Assembly (NCBI GenBank): GCA_963728205.1
Contig: CAVSIV010000006.1
Location: 672,001 to 736,000 of the forward strand
DNA length: 64,000 nucleotides
Reading direction: 5' to 3'
From: an uncultured Chloroflexia bacterium
GTDB taxonomy: Bacteria > Chloroflexota > Dehalococcoidia > UBA2979
Made by a program: the position numbers and the translations under genes. The notes under the pieces are model-generated. The model made no database searches. It worked only from the letters and a program-made list of their open reading frames with translations, and was not told the origin of the DNA. Of this stretch, positions 1 to 10,800 are shown in pieces; position 1 is the first letter of the stretch; every line of letters starts with the position of its first letter.

Positions 1-300
1 GCGGACCGCTCGACGCGAGACCGCGTCGAGCCGGGAGAGTGCCGACCGGAGCGCAGCGTGTGCATGGGGTTCGGAGGCCTCGGGCCACAGCGCCCCTGCC
101 GCCGCGGTGCGAGTCACGGTCCGATTCTGGAAGGCGAGAAACGCGAGCAACCGCTGCGAGCCTGCTGGCAGGACGCGCGCCTCATCCCCGTCCAGCAGCC
201 GAAACGCTCCGAGCATGAGCAGCCGCAACTCACGGTCGCAGGGCGCGGCCGTGGATGGACCGTGCCGGTTGTCAACGCTGGCGACGCGCAGAGCGCTCAC
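1..300 (-). CDS. SARP/AfsR-like (wHTH-BTAD) transcriptional regulator, N-terminal part, runs off the window
   Basis: Hand translation from GTG at 300: MSALRVAS...LRLLMLGAFRLLDG...LPAGSQRLLAFLAF...VTRTAAAGALWPE...AHAALRSALSRL, the typical SARP winged-helix pattern. Absent from the ORF track because there is no stop in the window. Confidence 0.8.
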   Translation of the reverse strand, partial: MSALRVASVDNRHGPSTAAPCDRELRLLMLGAFRLLDGDEARVLPAGSQRLLAFLAFQNRTVTRTAAAGALWPEASEPHAHAALRSALSRLDAVSRRAVR

Positions 301-623
301 TGCTCAATCCTGTCGCTGCGCGCAGAGCGCGAGAGCCGCGCCCTGATCGCGAATCCGTTTCGCGCGTCCGGCAGCAAAGCCTAGAGCGCGTGCGCAGCGA
401 CGCGAGAGGCGAAAGTACTGTCTCAGGCGGGGCCATCGGGGCGAGACTCAGAGCGGACGCCGGGGCTGCTCCGACTCACCGGCCGCCGGCGGCGTCCGCG
501 CCGCCGCACCACCAACGTGCCGTGGAGCATGTTCATGCCGCAGGCGAAGCCGACCCCCACTTGCGGTGTGGGTCACAACGTGCGGCTTGGGGCAGCGTCG
601 TTCGGGCGGGCAAGTGCGCAGGT

Positions 624-640
624 GTAACGCTCCCGTAACG
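624..640 (+). promoter_or_regulatory. GTAACG-N5-GTAACG direct repeat (11-bp period), candidate SARP/OmpR-type operator
   Basis: gtaacg at 624-629 and 635-640, between the divergent SARP gene and the surface-protein genes. Confidence 0.5.
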
Positions 641-713
641 GTGCTTGAAAGAGCCTCCGGAAGCCCGGAACGGCACGGTACCGTGGCGAGCGGGTGAGTC
701 CGGGAGAAGCTGC

Positions 714-2363
714 GTGAATGCCTTGCAGAAGGACGCGTGGTACGCGTTCGCCGTTCTAGGGGCCGCCGCATTCGCCATAGCGTTGCTGTTCGCCGGTCCT
801 GCCGGCACCGCATCCGCGGTGGCGTTGAGCAACAACCTCGAAACGTCGATCTCGCTGGGTACGAACGTGGCGACGGGATCGAATACCTTCACGACCCTTC
901 CGGCGATCACACTCACGTGCAACGGTGCGGTCGACGTCACGGCGGGTGCCGCGGACGGGGTTTCCGGCATCACGCTGACCCTCGGCGCCGGGTGGACGTT
1001 TGCCGGTGGTGCCGCGCCGGCGATCACGTATGCGGCCTGGCCAGCCCCCGACGGGCAGGCGACGGGCACGATCGCATCCGCCTCGACGATCACCGACAAC
1101 ATCACCACCAGCTGCAGTCCCGGTAGCGTTGTGACGTTCACCGGTGTCCAGGTCAAACCGCTCACGGCCGGCTCGGGCAGCGCGACGATCATCGCGGACA
1201 TCAGCACCGCGGACGTGACGGTGGCCAGGCTCACGGCGGTCACCGCGCCCGCGACGCAGGTGAACGTGGAGACGGCCGCCGACGGCTCCGGCACCGTCGT
1301 CGCCACCCAGTCGATCGCGCCCGGCGCCACCGTCACCGGCTACGCGATCAGCCGCGATGCTTCCAACGTGTTCGTCGCGAACGTCGCGGCGACCGCCTGG
1401 TCGCTCACCGCCAAGACCGGCGGCGTCGTCGACGGCGACCTCGTCCCCGCCGGCGACGCGAAGAGCGCCGTCTTCACCGGCAACCTGGCCGGCAGCGCGG
1501 TGATCCACGTCACCAGCGGCGCCCTGACCCCCGGTGACTCCGGCACGATCACCGTGACGGCCGCGCCCGCGACGCACGTCAACGTGGAGACGGCCGCCGA
1601 CGGCTCCGGCACCATCGTCGCCACCCACTCGATCGCGCCCGGCGCCACCGTCACCGGCTACGCCGTCAGCCGCGACGCCGGCAACGCGTTCGTCGCGAAC
1701 GTCGCGGCGACGACCTGGTCGCTCACCGCCAAGACCGGCGGCGTCGTCGACGGCGACCTCGTCCCCGCCGGCGACGCGAAGAGCGCCGTGTTCACCGGCA
1801 GCCTGCCCGGCAGCGCGGTGATCCACGTCACCAGCGGCGCCCTGATCCCCGGTGACTCCGGCACGATCACCGTGACGACGCCACCACCGCCGCCACCGCC
1901 GCCGCCACCACCACCTGCGCCGGCACCGGCGCCGGCACCGGCGCCGGCCCCGAAGAAAGTGCTCGTGTTTCTCCCGCTCGTACCGCTGGCACCCGCCGCG
2001 CCCCTGATCGTGGCCGTACCCGATGTTGCGGAGTGCCCGCCGGGCTCCGTGGCCGTACCCCCGGTGGTCATCCCGCCGGGAGTCGACGAGGTGGCCGTGC
2101 CGCCGGTCGAGCTGGCGCCGGGCACCGCGCTGGTATGCGTGCCGGTGATCGCGCCGCCGGGGATCGTGCCGGCGGTCATCGCAGGGCCGCCGCCGGTGGC
2201 GCCGCCCGCTGCCGTGCCGACTCCGGCGGCGACGGGCAACGGTGGGCTGGTTGAGGACGGACGCTCGAGCGTGCCGCGCGGGGCGGCGGGCCTCCTCCTC
2301 GTCGGAGCGGCGATCCTCGCCGTGGCTGCGCGGAGCATCGTTGGTCGTCGAGCGGAGCAGTAG
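714..2363 (+). CDS. Secreted surface protein with two 106-aa Ig-like repeats, Pro-rich stalk and C-terminal sorting-type tail
   Basis: GTG 714 after GGAGAAG; hydrophobic signal peptide; ends PTPAATGNGGL...GAAGLLLVGAAILAVAARSIVGRRAEQ. Confidence 0.8.
   Translation: MNALQKDAWYAFAVLGAAAFAIALLFAGPAGTASAVALSNNLETSISLGTNVATGSNTFTTLPAITLTCNGAVDVTAGAADGVSGITLTLGAGWTFAGGAAPAITYAAWPAPDGQATGTIASASTITDNITTSCSPGSVVTFTGVQVKPLTAGSGSATIIADISTADVTVARLTAVTAPATQVNVETAADGSGTVVATQSIAPGATVTGYAISRDASNVFVANVAATAWSLTAKTGGVVDGDLVPAGDAKSAVFTGNLAGSAVIHVTSGALTPGDSGTITVTAAPATHVNVETAADGSGTIVATHSIAPGATVTGYAVSRDAGNAFVANVAATTWSLTAKTGGVVDGDLVPAGDAKSAVFTGSLPGSAVIHVTSGALIPGDSGTITVTTPPPPPPPPPPPPAPAPAPAPAPAPKKVLVFLPLVPLAPAAPLIVAVPDVAECPPGSVAVPPVVIPPGVDEVAVPPVELAPGTALVCVPVIAPPGIVPAVIAGPPPVAPPAAVPTPAATGNGGLVEDGRSSVPRGAAGLLLVGAAILAVAARSIVGRRAEQ
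1245..1878 (+). repeat. Two near-identical 318-bp intragenic tandem units
   Basis: gcgcccgcgacgca... starts at 1245 and 1563; APAT(Q/H)VNVETAADGSG...GDSGTITVT twice. Confidence 0.9.
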
Positions 2364-2432
2364 GCGGCACGTCCGCAATCCCCGGGGCACGCGGCCGATG
2401 CCGGCGTCCGGGACAACGAAAGCCGAGGCACC

Positions 2433-3533
2433 ATGAATTCACTCCGCGTCTTGCTCGGAATGCACCGACCGCGGTGGCTGCCGATCGGGGCGGCCGCGGC
2501 GGTCCTGGCGATCGGAATCGTGGCGGTCAGCCTGCTCGTTTCGACGCCGACACGGGCCAGCGCTGCGACGGCCGCGCAGTGCAACGGTGAGATGAACGGC
2601 GGCGGGACCGAGGTGGCGTGCACCATCACGGTGATCAACTACGTCACCGAGACCGGCGCGCTTTCGGCAACGCCGCCCTCGACGATCACCACGACGAGGT
2701 GCGTCGGCGCGTCCGGCCCGCTCTCCTCGCTGACCTGCACCACCGCGACGACCACGCTGACGGCGCCGGTCCTGACCGTCCAGCAGTGCAACGGGTCGGG
2801 TAACGGCGGTGGCGGGACCGTGAACTGCACGGTCACGATCACGAACCACTTCACGGGCAGCCGGGATGCCATCACGGCCGCAACGCTGTACGCGACGGTG
2901 TACCAGTGCGTCGGTTCGGAAATCACCGGACCCGGCGCGCCGGCGATCTGCACCCCCGTCAATACCCCCGGCATCACGTCCGTCACGGCGGCCACCGTCG
3001 GCCAGTGCAACGGCTCCGGTAACGGTGGAACGAGCGTCGGGTTCGTCTGCACCGTGACCGGCGGATCCACGATGACCTCGCTCCTGCCGGTGAACGTCGA
3101 CCAGTGCAACGACTCGGGCAACGGCGGCGGCGCTCTCGTCACCTGTCAGGCCACGGTCGTGAACGATGTCATCGCGGTGGCAGCCGCGGCGACGCCGACT
3201 GCTGCCGCAACCGCAGCACCGACGGCCGCCGCAACCGCAGCACCGACGGCCGCCGCAACCGCAGCACCGACAGCGGCCCCAACCGCAGCACCGACGGCCG
3301 CCGCAACCGCAGCACCGACAGCGGCCCCAACCACAGCACCGACGGCTGCCGCAACCGCAGCACCGACGGCGGCACCAACCGCAGCACCGACGCCGGCTGC
3401 GACCGGTAACGGTGGACTCATCGGCGGACGAAACACGGGCCTGCCGATCTGGGCGGCGGCGCTCCTCGTCCTCGGAGTGGCCGGTCTCGCGGTAGCTGCG
3501 CGCCGCGTTGTTCCCGCTCGAGCGGAACGGTAG
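2433..3533 (+). CDS. Secreted Cys-rich QCNGxGNGG-repeat protein with Ala/Pro/Thr stalk and sorting-type tail
   Basis: Signal peptide, 12 Cys, four QCN(G/D)xxNGG..C motifs, (AAPT/AAAT)n, PTPAATGNGGL + TM + RR. Confidence 0.85.
   Translation: MNSLRVLLGMHRPRWLPIGAAAAVLAIGIVAVSLLVSTPTRASAATAAQCNGEMNGGGTEVACTITVINYVTETGALSATPPSTITTTRCVGASGPLSSLTCTTATTTLTAPVLTVQQCNGSGNGGGGTVNCTVTITNHFTGSRDAITAATLYATVYQCVGSEITGPGAPAICTPVNTPGITSVTAATVGQCNGSGNGGTSVGFVCTVTGGSTMTSLLPVNVDQCNDSGNGGGALVTCQATVVNDVIAVAAAATPTAAATAAPTAAATAAPTAAATAAPTAAPTAAPTAAATAAPTAAPTTAPTAAATAAPTAAPTAAPTPAATGNGGLIGGRNTGLPIWAAALLVLGVAGLAVAARRVVPARAER
3180..3400 (+). repeat. 12/24-bp tandem repeats encoding AAPT/AAAT linker
   Basis: accgcagcaccgac repeated many times. 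Confidence 0.85.
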
Positions 3534-3541
3534 ATGGCGGA

Positions 3542-3578
3542 TTCACCGCGCAGGCTGAGTGCCGGCCTGCGTGGTGAA
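3542..3578 (+). terminator. Stem-loop after the surface-protein pair
   Basis: ttcaccgcgcaggc...gcctgcgtggtgaa; no U-tract. Confidence 0.45.
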
Positions 3579-3694
3579 CCTCTGGCCGCGGTGGCGAACG
3601 GGCCATGCTCCGCTTCGGCGAGCTCACGGTTGAGACTCGCTCGAAGACGCGCGAGTCCTGTGGCAGCGATGACCTCATCGCCGAAGCACGGACG

Positions 3695-4342
3695 ATGACG
3701 AAACCGGTGGCGGTCACCTGCCTGTTTCTGGACATCGGCGGTGTCCTGCTCACCAACGGGTGGGATCGTCATGCCCGCGCACGGGCGACGACGCACTTCG
3801 CGCTCGACCTGGCTGAGCTGGAGGAGCGACACCACCTGATGTTCGAAACCTACGAGGTGGGGAAGTTCACGCTGGAGGAGTATCTGGCGCGGGTCGTCTT
3901 CTACCAGCGGCGAACGTTCACACCGGACCAGTTTCGCCGTTTCATGTTCGCCCAGTCGAAACCGTATCCCGAGATGATCGACCTGGTGGCCCGGCTCAAG
4001 GTTCGGCACGGGCTGAAGATCGCCGTGGTCAGCAACGAGGCTCGCGAGCTCAACCTCTATCGAATACGCAAGTTCAAACTTGCCGGTCTTGTCGATGCCT
4101 TTATTTCCTCCAGCTTCGTCCACCTCCGCAAGCCCGACGCGGACATCTTCCGGCTTGCGCTGGACGTCACCCAGGTATCACCACGCCACGTGGTCTTTGT
4201 CGACAACACGCCGATGTTCGTCGCGCTCGCCGAGGACATGGGGATTCGTGGCGTGATTCACACGGATCATCGCTCCACGCGCGCGAAACTGGCTGTGCTG
4301 GGATTGCCGAGTGATGAAGGAGTCATCCATGACACCAGCTAA
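3695..4342 (+). CDS. HAD-family phosphatase
   Basis: FLDIGGVL, VSN, RKPD, VFVDN motifs; ATG 3695 preferred over 3605. Confidence 0.85.
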   Translation: MTKPVAVTCLFLDIGGVLLTNGWDRHARARATTHFALDLAELEERHHLMFETYEVGKFTLEEYLARVVFYQRRTFTPDQFRRFMFAQSKPYPEMIDLVARLKVRHGLKIAVVSNEARELNLYRIRKFKLAGLVDAFISSSFVHLRKPDADIFRLALDVTQVSPRHVVFVDNTPMFVALAEDMGIRGVIHTDHRSTRAKLAVLGLPSDEGVIHDTS

Positions 4343-4372
4343 TCCGCGCGTTCCGACGTTCGGTGGCGAATC

Positions 4373-6757
4373 GTGAACACGCCCGCAACCATGACACCGA
4401 CTCTTGCCCCGGACCTCCTCCACAAGATCGATGCTTACTGGCGCGCCGCAAACTACCTCTCGGTCGGGCAGATCTATCTCTACGACAATCCGCTGCTGAA
4501 GCGGCCGCTCACGCTCTCGGACGTCAAGCCCTCGGTGGTCGGCCACTGGGGCACGACGCCGGGTCAGAACTTCATCTATGTGCACCTGAACCGGGTCATC
4601 AAGAAATACGACCTGGACATGTTCTACATCGCCGGTCCCGGTCACGGCGGACCGGCGGTGGTGGCCAACACGTACCTCGAGGGCACCTACAGCGAGATCT
4701 ATCCGGACGTCAGCCGGGACGAGGCGGGCTTGAAGAAGCTGTTCAAGCAGTTCTCGTTCCCCGGCGGGATCTCCAGCCACGCGGCGCCGACGACGCCGGG
4801 ATCGATTCACGAGGGCGGCGAGCTGGGCTACTCGCTCAGCCACGCCTTCGGGGCCGCGTTCGACAACCCGGATCTGATCGTCGCCTGCGTGATCGGCGAT
4901 GGCGAAGCGGAGACGGGGCCACTGGCGACGGCGTGGCAGTCCAACAAGTTCCTCGACCCGGTCACCGACGGCGCGGTGCTGCCGATCCTGCACCTCAACG
5001 GCTACAAGATCAGCAACCCGACTGTCCTGGCCCGCGTCGAGCACGAGGAGTTGGAGCAGTTCCTCCGGGGCTGCGGCTGGATCCCCTACTTCGTGGAGGG
5101 CGACGAGCCGAACGCGATGCATGAACTCATGGCCGCTGCGGTGGAAGAGGCCGTCCAGGCGATTCGGGAGATCCAGCGCAACGCTCGGAGCAACAACGAC
5201 CCGGCGCGCCCGCGCTGGCCGGTGATCGTCCTCAAGTCACCCAAGGGCTGGACCGGACCGAAGGTCGTCGACGGTCTGCAGATCGAAGGTACGTTCCGCG
5301 CGCACCAGGTACCGCTCCTGGTCGATGCCGATCATCCCGATCACGTCGAGCAGCTCGAACACTGGATGAAGAGCTACCAGGCCGAGGAGCTGTTCGATGA
5401 ACAGGGCCGCCTCCTGCCGGAGCTGGCCGAGCTGGCGCCGGAGGGCGACCGGCGGATGGGCGCGAACCCGCACACGAACGGCGGCGTGCTGCTGCGCGAC
5501 CTGCGCATGCCGGACTTCCGCGCGCACGCGGTGACTGTGCCTTCGCCCGGCGCCGTCGACGGCCAGGACACGCTCGTCCTGGGCGGTTTCCTGCGTGACG
5601 TCGCCAGGCTGAACCAGGAGCAGCGCAACTTCCGCGTCTTCGGGCCCGATGAAACGCTGTCGAATCTGCTGGGAGCGGTCTTCGAGTCCACCGACCGCCA
5701 GTGGGACGCCCGGGAAGTCGCGAACGACGAGTTCCTCTCGCCCAGCGGACGCGTGCTGGACTCGATGCTGAGCGAGCACCAGTGCGAGGGCTGGCTAGAG
5801 GGATATTTGTTGACCGGGCGCCACGGACTGTTCAACAGCTACGAAGCATTCGTGCGCATCGTCGATTCGATGTTCAGCCAGCACGCCAAGTGGCTGAAGG
5901 TCACGTTGGAGCTGCCCTGGCGCCGCAAGATCGCGTCGCTGAACTACCTCCTCGCCTCGCACGTCTGGCAGCAGGATCACAACGGCTTCACGCACCAGGA
6001 CCCCGGCTTCCTCGACCACGTCATCAACAAGAAGGCCGATATCGTGCGGGTGTATTTGCCGCCCGATGCCAACTGCCTGCTCTCGGTCTTCGATCACTGC
6101 CTGCGCAGCCGCCACTACGTCAACGTGGTGGTCGCCGGCAAGCACGCCCTGCCGCAATGGCTGTCGATGGACGAAGCGGTCGTGCACTGCACCGAAGGCG
6201 TCGGTATCTGGCAGTGGGCCAGCAACGACCAGGGCGCCGATCCGGACGTCGTGATGGCCTGCTGCGGCGACACGCCGACGCTGGAGATCCTCGCGGCGGT
6301 CTCCATCCTGCGTCAGCATCTTCCCGATCTGAAGATCCGGGTCGTCAACGTCGTCGATCTGATGCGGCTGCAGCCGAGCGCGGAGCATCCTCATGGGTTG
6401 AGCGACCAGGATTACGACGCACTCTTCACCACAGACAAACCGATCGTCTTCGGCTTCCATGGCTACCCCTGGCTCGTCCACCGGCTGACCTACCGCCGCA
6501 CCAACCGCAACCTGCACGTCCGTGGCTACAAGGAAGAGGGCACGATCACGACGGCGTTCGACATGAGGGTGCAGAACGAACTCGATCGGTTTCATCTCGT
6601 GCAGGACGTCGTCGATCGGCTGCCGCACCTGGGCGCTCGCGGGGCATACCTGAAGCAGTCGATGCAGGACAAGCTCATCGAGCACAAGCAGTACATCGAC
6701 GCGCACGGCGAGGATCTGCCGGAAATCCGCAACTGGAAGTGGGGCAACCCCACATGA
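4373..6757 (+). CDS. xfp: Phosphoketolase (XFP)
   Basis: [42 protein letters not shown]. Confidence 0.97.
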   Translation: MNTPATMTPTLAPDLLHKIDAYWRAANYLSVGQIYLYDNPLLKRPLTLSDVKPSVVGHWGTTPGQNFIYVHLNRVIKKYDLDMFYIAGPGHGGPAVVANTYLEGTYSEIYPDVSRDEAGLKKLFKQFSFPGGISSHAAPTTPGSIHEGGELGYSLSHAFGAAFDNPDLIVACVIGDGEAETGPLATAWQSNKFLDPVTDGAVLPILHLNGYKISNPTVLARVEHEELEQFLRGCGWIPYFVEGDEPNAMHELMAAAVEEAVQAIREIQRNARSNNDPARPRWPVIVLKSPKGWTGPKVVDGLQIEGTFRAHQVPLLVDADHPDHVEQLEHWMKSYQAEELFDEQGRLLPELAELAPEGDRRMGANPHTNGGVLLRDLRMPDFRAHAVTVPSPGAVDGQDTLVLGGFLRDVARLNQEQRNFRVFGPDETLSNLLGAVFESTDRQWDAREVANDEFLSPSGRVLDSMLSEHQCEGWLEGYLLTGRHGLFNSYEAFVRIVDSMFSQHAKWLKVTLELPWRRKIASLNYLLASHVWQQDHNGFTHQDPGFLDHVINKKADIVRVYLPPDANCLLSVFDHCLRSRHYVNVVVAGKHALPQWLSMDEAVVHCTEGVGIWQWASNDQGADPDVVMACCGDTPTLEILAAVSILRQHLPDLKIRVVNVVDLMRLQPSAEHPHGLSDQDYDALFTTDKPIVFGFHGYPWLVHRLTYRRTNRNLHVRGYKEEGTITTAFDMRVQNELDRFHLVQDVVDRLPHLGARGAYLKQSMQDKLIEHKQYIDAHGEDLPEIRNWKWGNPT

Positions 6758-7821
6758 ACGAGCAGAGACTCATCGCCACCGCGCAAGCGCTGGTCGCCGG
6801 CGACAAGGGCCTGCTGGCCATCGACGAAAGCGATCACACCTGCAACGAGCGCTTCGCCGGCCTGGGGATTCCCCAGACCGTGGAGGCGCGGCGCGCGTAC
6901 CGGGAGTTGCTGGTGACCACGCCCGGCCTGGGTGAGTGCATCAGTGGCGTGATCCTCTACGACGAGACGATCCGCCAGCAGACGCGAGGCGGCACGCCGT
7001 TCCTGACCGTCCTCACCGATGCGGGAATCATTCCCGGGATCAAGGTGGACACGGGCGCCGACGCCATGGCAGGTCACCCAGGGGAACACGTCACCGAGGG
7101 ACTGGATGGACTGCGCGCGCGCCTGGCGGGATACGCCCGGATGGGGGCGCGCTTCGCCAAGTGGCGCGCGGTCATCGCGGTGGGCCCCGGCATTCCCAGT
7201 CGCGGCTGTCTCGAGGCCAACGCGCACGCGCTCGCTCGCTACGCCGCGTTGTGCCAGGAGGCCGGGCTGGTTCCCATGGTCGAACCGGAAGTCCTGATGG
7301 ACGGCAACCATGACATCCACCGCAGCGGCGAGGTCACGGAGGAGGCCCTGCGCGCGGTCTTCGGCCAGCTGTCCACGCAGGGGGTGATGCTCGAGGGGGT
7401 GATCCTGAAGCCCAACATGGTGCTCCCCGGGTTGACGTGCCCCAGGCAGGCATCGGCAGACGACGTCGCCGATGCGACGCTGACGAGCCTCTCACGAACC
7501 GTCCCCGCTGCCGTTGCGGGGATCGCGTTGCTGTCGGGCGGCCAGTCCGCTGAGCTGGCCTCGGCCCGTTTGAACGCCATGCACGTCAGGTATCGGTCCC
7601 GACTGCCGTGGCCGCTGACGTTCTCGTTTGGACGCGCCATCCAGGAACCGGCTCTCGACATCTGGCGGGGCAGCGACGATGCCGTGGTGGCGGCACAGCG
7701 GGCGCTGTCCCATCGAGCGAACTGCGACCGGGCCGCGCGGCGTGGTGAGTACACGCCGGCGATGGAGGCCGCGGAGCCCGTGACCACGGATATCCCACCG
7801 GCCGCTACACCTGCGGCCTAG
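6754..7821 (+). CDS. Class I fructose-bisphosphate aldolase
   Basis: [43 protein letters not shown]; ATGA overlap with the xfp stop. Confidence 0.95.
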   Translation: MNEQRLIATAQALVAGDKGLLAIDESDHTCNERFAGLGIPQTVEARRAYRELLVTTPGLGECISGVILYDETIRQQTRGGTPFLTVLTDAGIIPGIKVDTGADAMAGHPGEHVTEGLDGLRARLAGYARMGARFAKWRAVIAVGPGIPSRGCLEANAHALARYAALCQEAGLVPMVEPEVLMDGNHDIHRSGEVTEEALRAVFGQLSTQGVMLEGVILKPNMVLPGLTCPRQASADDVADATLTSLSRTVPAAVAGIALLSGGQSAELASARLNAMHVRYRSRLPWPLTFSFGRAIQEPALDIWRGSDDAVVAAQRALSHRANCDRAARRGEYTPAMEAAEPVTTDIPPAATPAA

Positions 7822-7845
7822 CCGAGACGGAGGGGGAGACCCGCC

Positions 7846-10800
7846 ATGGCGCCCGATGCCGACCCGCACAAGGCTCCCGAGTCGAAGCCGGCACCGAACG
7901 CCGGTCCGGCGGACGATCTGAAGTCCCTGCCTCTGTCCGAGGTGGAAAAGCAGCTGGGGTCGTCTCCGGACGGTCTCACCCAGGCTGAGGCAGAGAAGCG
8001 ACTGACCCACTACGGGCCGAACGAGATTGCAGAGAAGAAGCCCAATCCGTTCCTGAAGTTCCTCACGTACTTCTGGGGTCCGATTCCGTGGATGATCGAG
8101 GCGGCCGTCATCCTCTCGGCGGCCGCCCGGCACTGGGAGGACTTCGGCATCATCCTCGTGCTGCTCCTCGCCAATGCCGTGGTGGGGTTCTGGGAAGAGC
8201 ACCAGGCGGGCAACGCCATCGACGCGCTGAAGGCCGGGCTGGCGATCAGGGCCCGGGTGAGACGCGACGGCAAGTGGATCACCCCGGCGGCGCGTGAGCT
8301 GGTGCCGGGCGACGTCATCCGCATGCGCCTCGGTGACATCGTGCCAGCGGACGCGCGCCTGCTGGAGGGCGATCCGGTCGAGGTCGACGAGTCCGCGCTG
8401 ACGGGTGAGTCGTTGCCCGCGACGCGCAAGACCGGCGAGGCGGTGTTCTCCGGATCGATCATCCGGCAGGGTGAAGTCAGCGCGCTGGTCTACGCCACGG
8501 GTACGAACACCTTCTTCGGTGAGACAGCGCAGCTCGTGCAGGGCGCGCAGACCGTCAGCCACTTCCAGCAGGCGGTGCTGAAGATTGGCAACTTCCTCAT
8601 CATCTTCGCGATCTCCCTGGTCGCGGTGATCATTGCCGTCTCGATCATCCGCGGCGACGAGATCTTGACCACCCTGCAGTTCGCCCTGGTGCTGACGGTG
8701 GCCTCGATTCCCGTGGCGATGCCAACGGTGCTGTCGGTGACGATGGCGGTCGGCGCGCGCCTGCTCGCCAAGAAGCAGGCGATCGTGAGCCGGCTGGTCG
8801 CCATCGAGGAGCTGGCGGGGGTCGACGTGCTGTGCACGGACAAGACGGGCACGCTCACCCAGAACAAGCTGACGCTGGGCGACCCGTTCGGCGTGAACGG
8901 GCTCCCGCCCGAGCAGGTCGTCCTGGCTGCCGCCCTAGCGTCCCGCGCGGACGACAACGACACCATCGACCTCGCCGTCCTCTCCGGCCTGAAGGACGAC
9001 CAGGTCTTGACCGGCTACCAGGTCGTCCAATTCGAGCCATTCAACCCGGTGGACAAGCGCACCGAGGCGACCGTGACGGGCGCGGACGGCGCGGCGTTCA
9101 GGGTCACGAAGGGCGCGCCGCAGGTGATCCTGGAGCTGTCGTCCGATGTCGCGCAGGTGACGCCCGCGGTCGACCAGGCCGTCAACGAGTTCGCGACGCG
9201 GGGCTTCCGCTCGCTCGGCGTGGCGCGGGCCGACGGTGACGGCCCCTGGAAGTTCGTGGGCGTGCTGCCCCTGTTCGATCCGCCGCGCGACGACGCGAAG
9301 GCGACCATCGCGGCCGCGCGACAGATGGGCGTGACGGTCAAGATGGTGACCGGCGACCAGATGGCGATCGCGAAGGAGACGGCCAAGAAGGTCGGACTGG
9401 GCACGAACATTCTCGACGCCACCGGACTGGGCGACGACAAGCACGAAGCGACGGCGGCGGCATCCGACTCGATCGAGGGCGCCGACGGGTTCGCCCAGGT
9501 GTTCCCCGAGCACAAGTTCCACATCGTGGACGTCCTGCAGCAGCGCGGCCACATCGTCGGCATGACAGGCGACGGGGTGAACGACGCCCCCGCGCTGAAG
9601 AAGGCCGACTGCGGCATTGCCGTCTCGGGCGCGACGGACGCGGCTCGCGCTGCGGCATCCATCGTCCTGCTGACACCCGGACTCTCGGTGATCATCGACG
9701 CCATCCGGGAGAGCCGACGCATCTTCCAGCGCATGAACAGCTACGCGATCTACCGCATCGCGGAGACGCTGCGCGTCCTGTTGTTCATGACGCTTGCGAT
9801 CCTGATCTTCAACTTCTACCCGGTCACCGCGGTCATGATCGTGATGCTGGCGTTGCTGAACGACGGCGCGATCCTGTCGATCGCCTACGACAACGTGCAC
9901 TACAAAGACGAGCCTGAAGCCTGGAACATGCGCCTGGTGCTGGGGATCTCCACGGTGCTGGGCGTCATCGGTGTCGTGGCGGCGTTCGGCCTGTTCCTGC
10001 TCGGGGAGCGCGTCTTCCACCTCGACCACGCGCATATCCAGACGCTGATGTATCTCAAGCTCTCGGTGGCCGGACATCTGACGATCTTCCTGACGCGCAC
10101 GCGCGGCCCGTTCTGGTCCATCCGCCCGGCGCGGGTGCTCCTCGTTGCCGTGTTCGGCACGCAGGCCATCGCGACACTGATCGCGGTGTACGGGCTGTTC
10201 ATGACACCCCTCGGCTGGGGCGGGGCGTTGTTCGTGTGGGGCTATGCGCTGACCTGGTTCCTCTTCAACGACCGGGTGAAACTGCTCGCCTATCGGGTAC
10301 TCGACCATCCACGAGCGCCCGCGTTGGCCGGGGGTCCGCCGGCGGATCCGACAGCCCAGATCGCCGCACGGGCCTACGCGCTCTACGAGCAGCGCGGTCA
10401 CCGCGAGGGCCACGCGGACGAGGACTGGATCGACGCCGAGCGAACCGCCCGCAAGGACGCGCCGCAGCCGGCGGCTGGGACCGATGTCCAACCCGCTGCG
10501 GCAGCTCCTCACGAGCCTGCGACGACCACCGACGTGCAGCCGGATGTGAAGCCCGAACCACAAGCTGAGGCGGCGCCCGACGCTCAGCCGGACACCAAGG
10601 CCGAACCACCGGCGGCGGCGGCCCGCGTTCAGCCGGATGCCGAGGCCAAACCACCGGCTGCTGCGGCGCCCGACGTTCAGCCGGCCGCCGGCCCCGAGCC
10701 CGATGCGAGCGACAGCATGACGACGCTGCTCAACACGTCGCTCGGCGAACTGCTCGTCGCCGGCATCGTCAAAGACCCGGAGGATGCCGGGCGCGTCATC

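Noticed and set aside
301-713. Riboswitch upstream of the surface proteins
   Set aside because: Hairpins are present but I recognise no c-di-GMP, c-di-AMP or other aptamer consensus; an Infernal/Rfam scan would decide
5701-6753. N-terminal extension of the aldolase
   Set aside because: Off-frame overlap with xfp; the real start is ATG 6754
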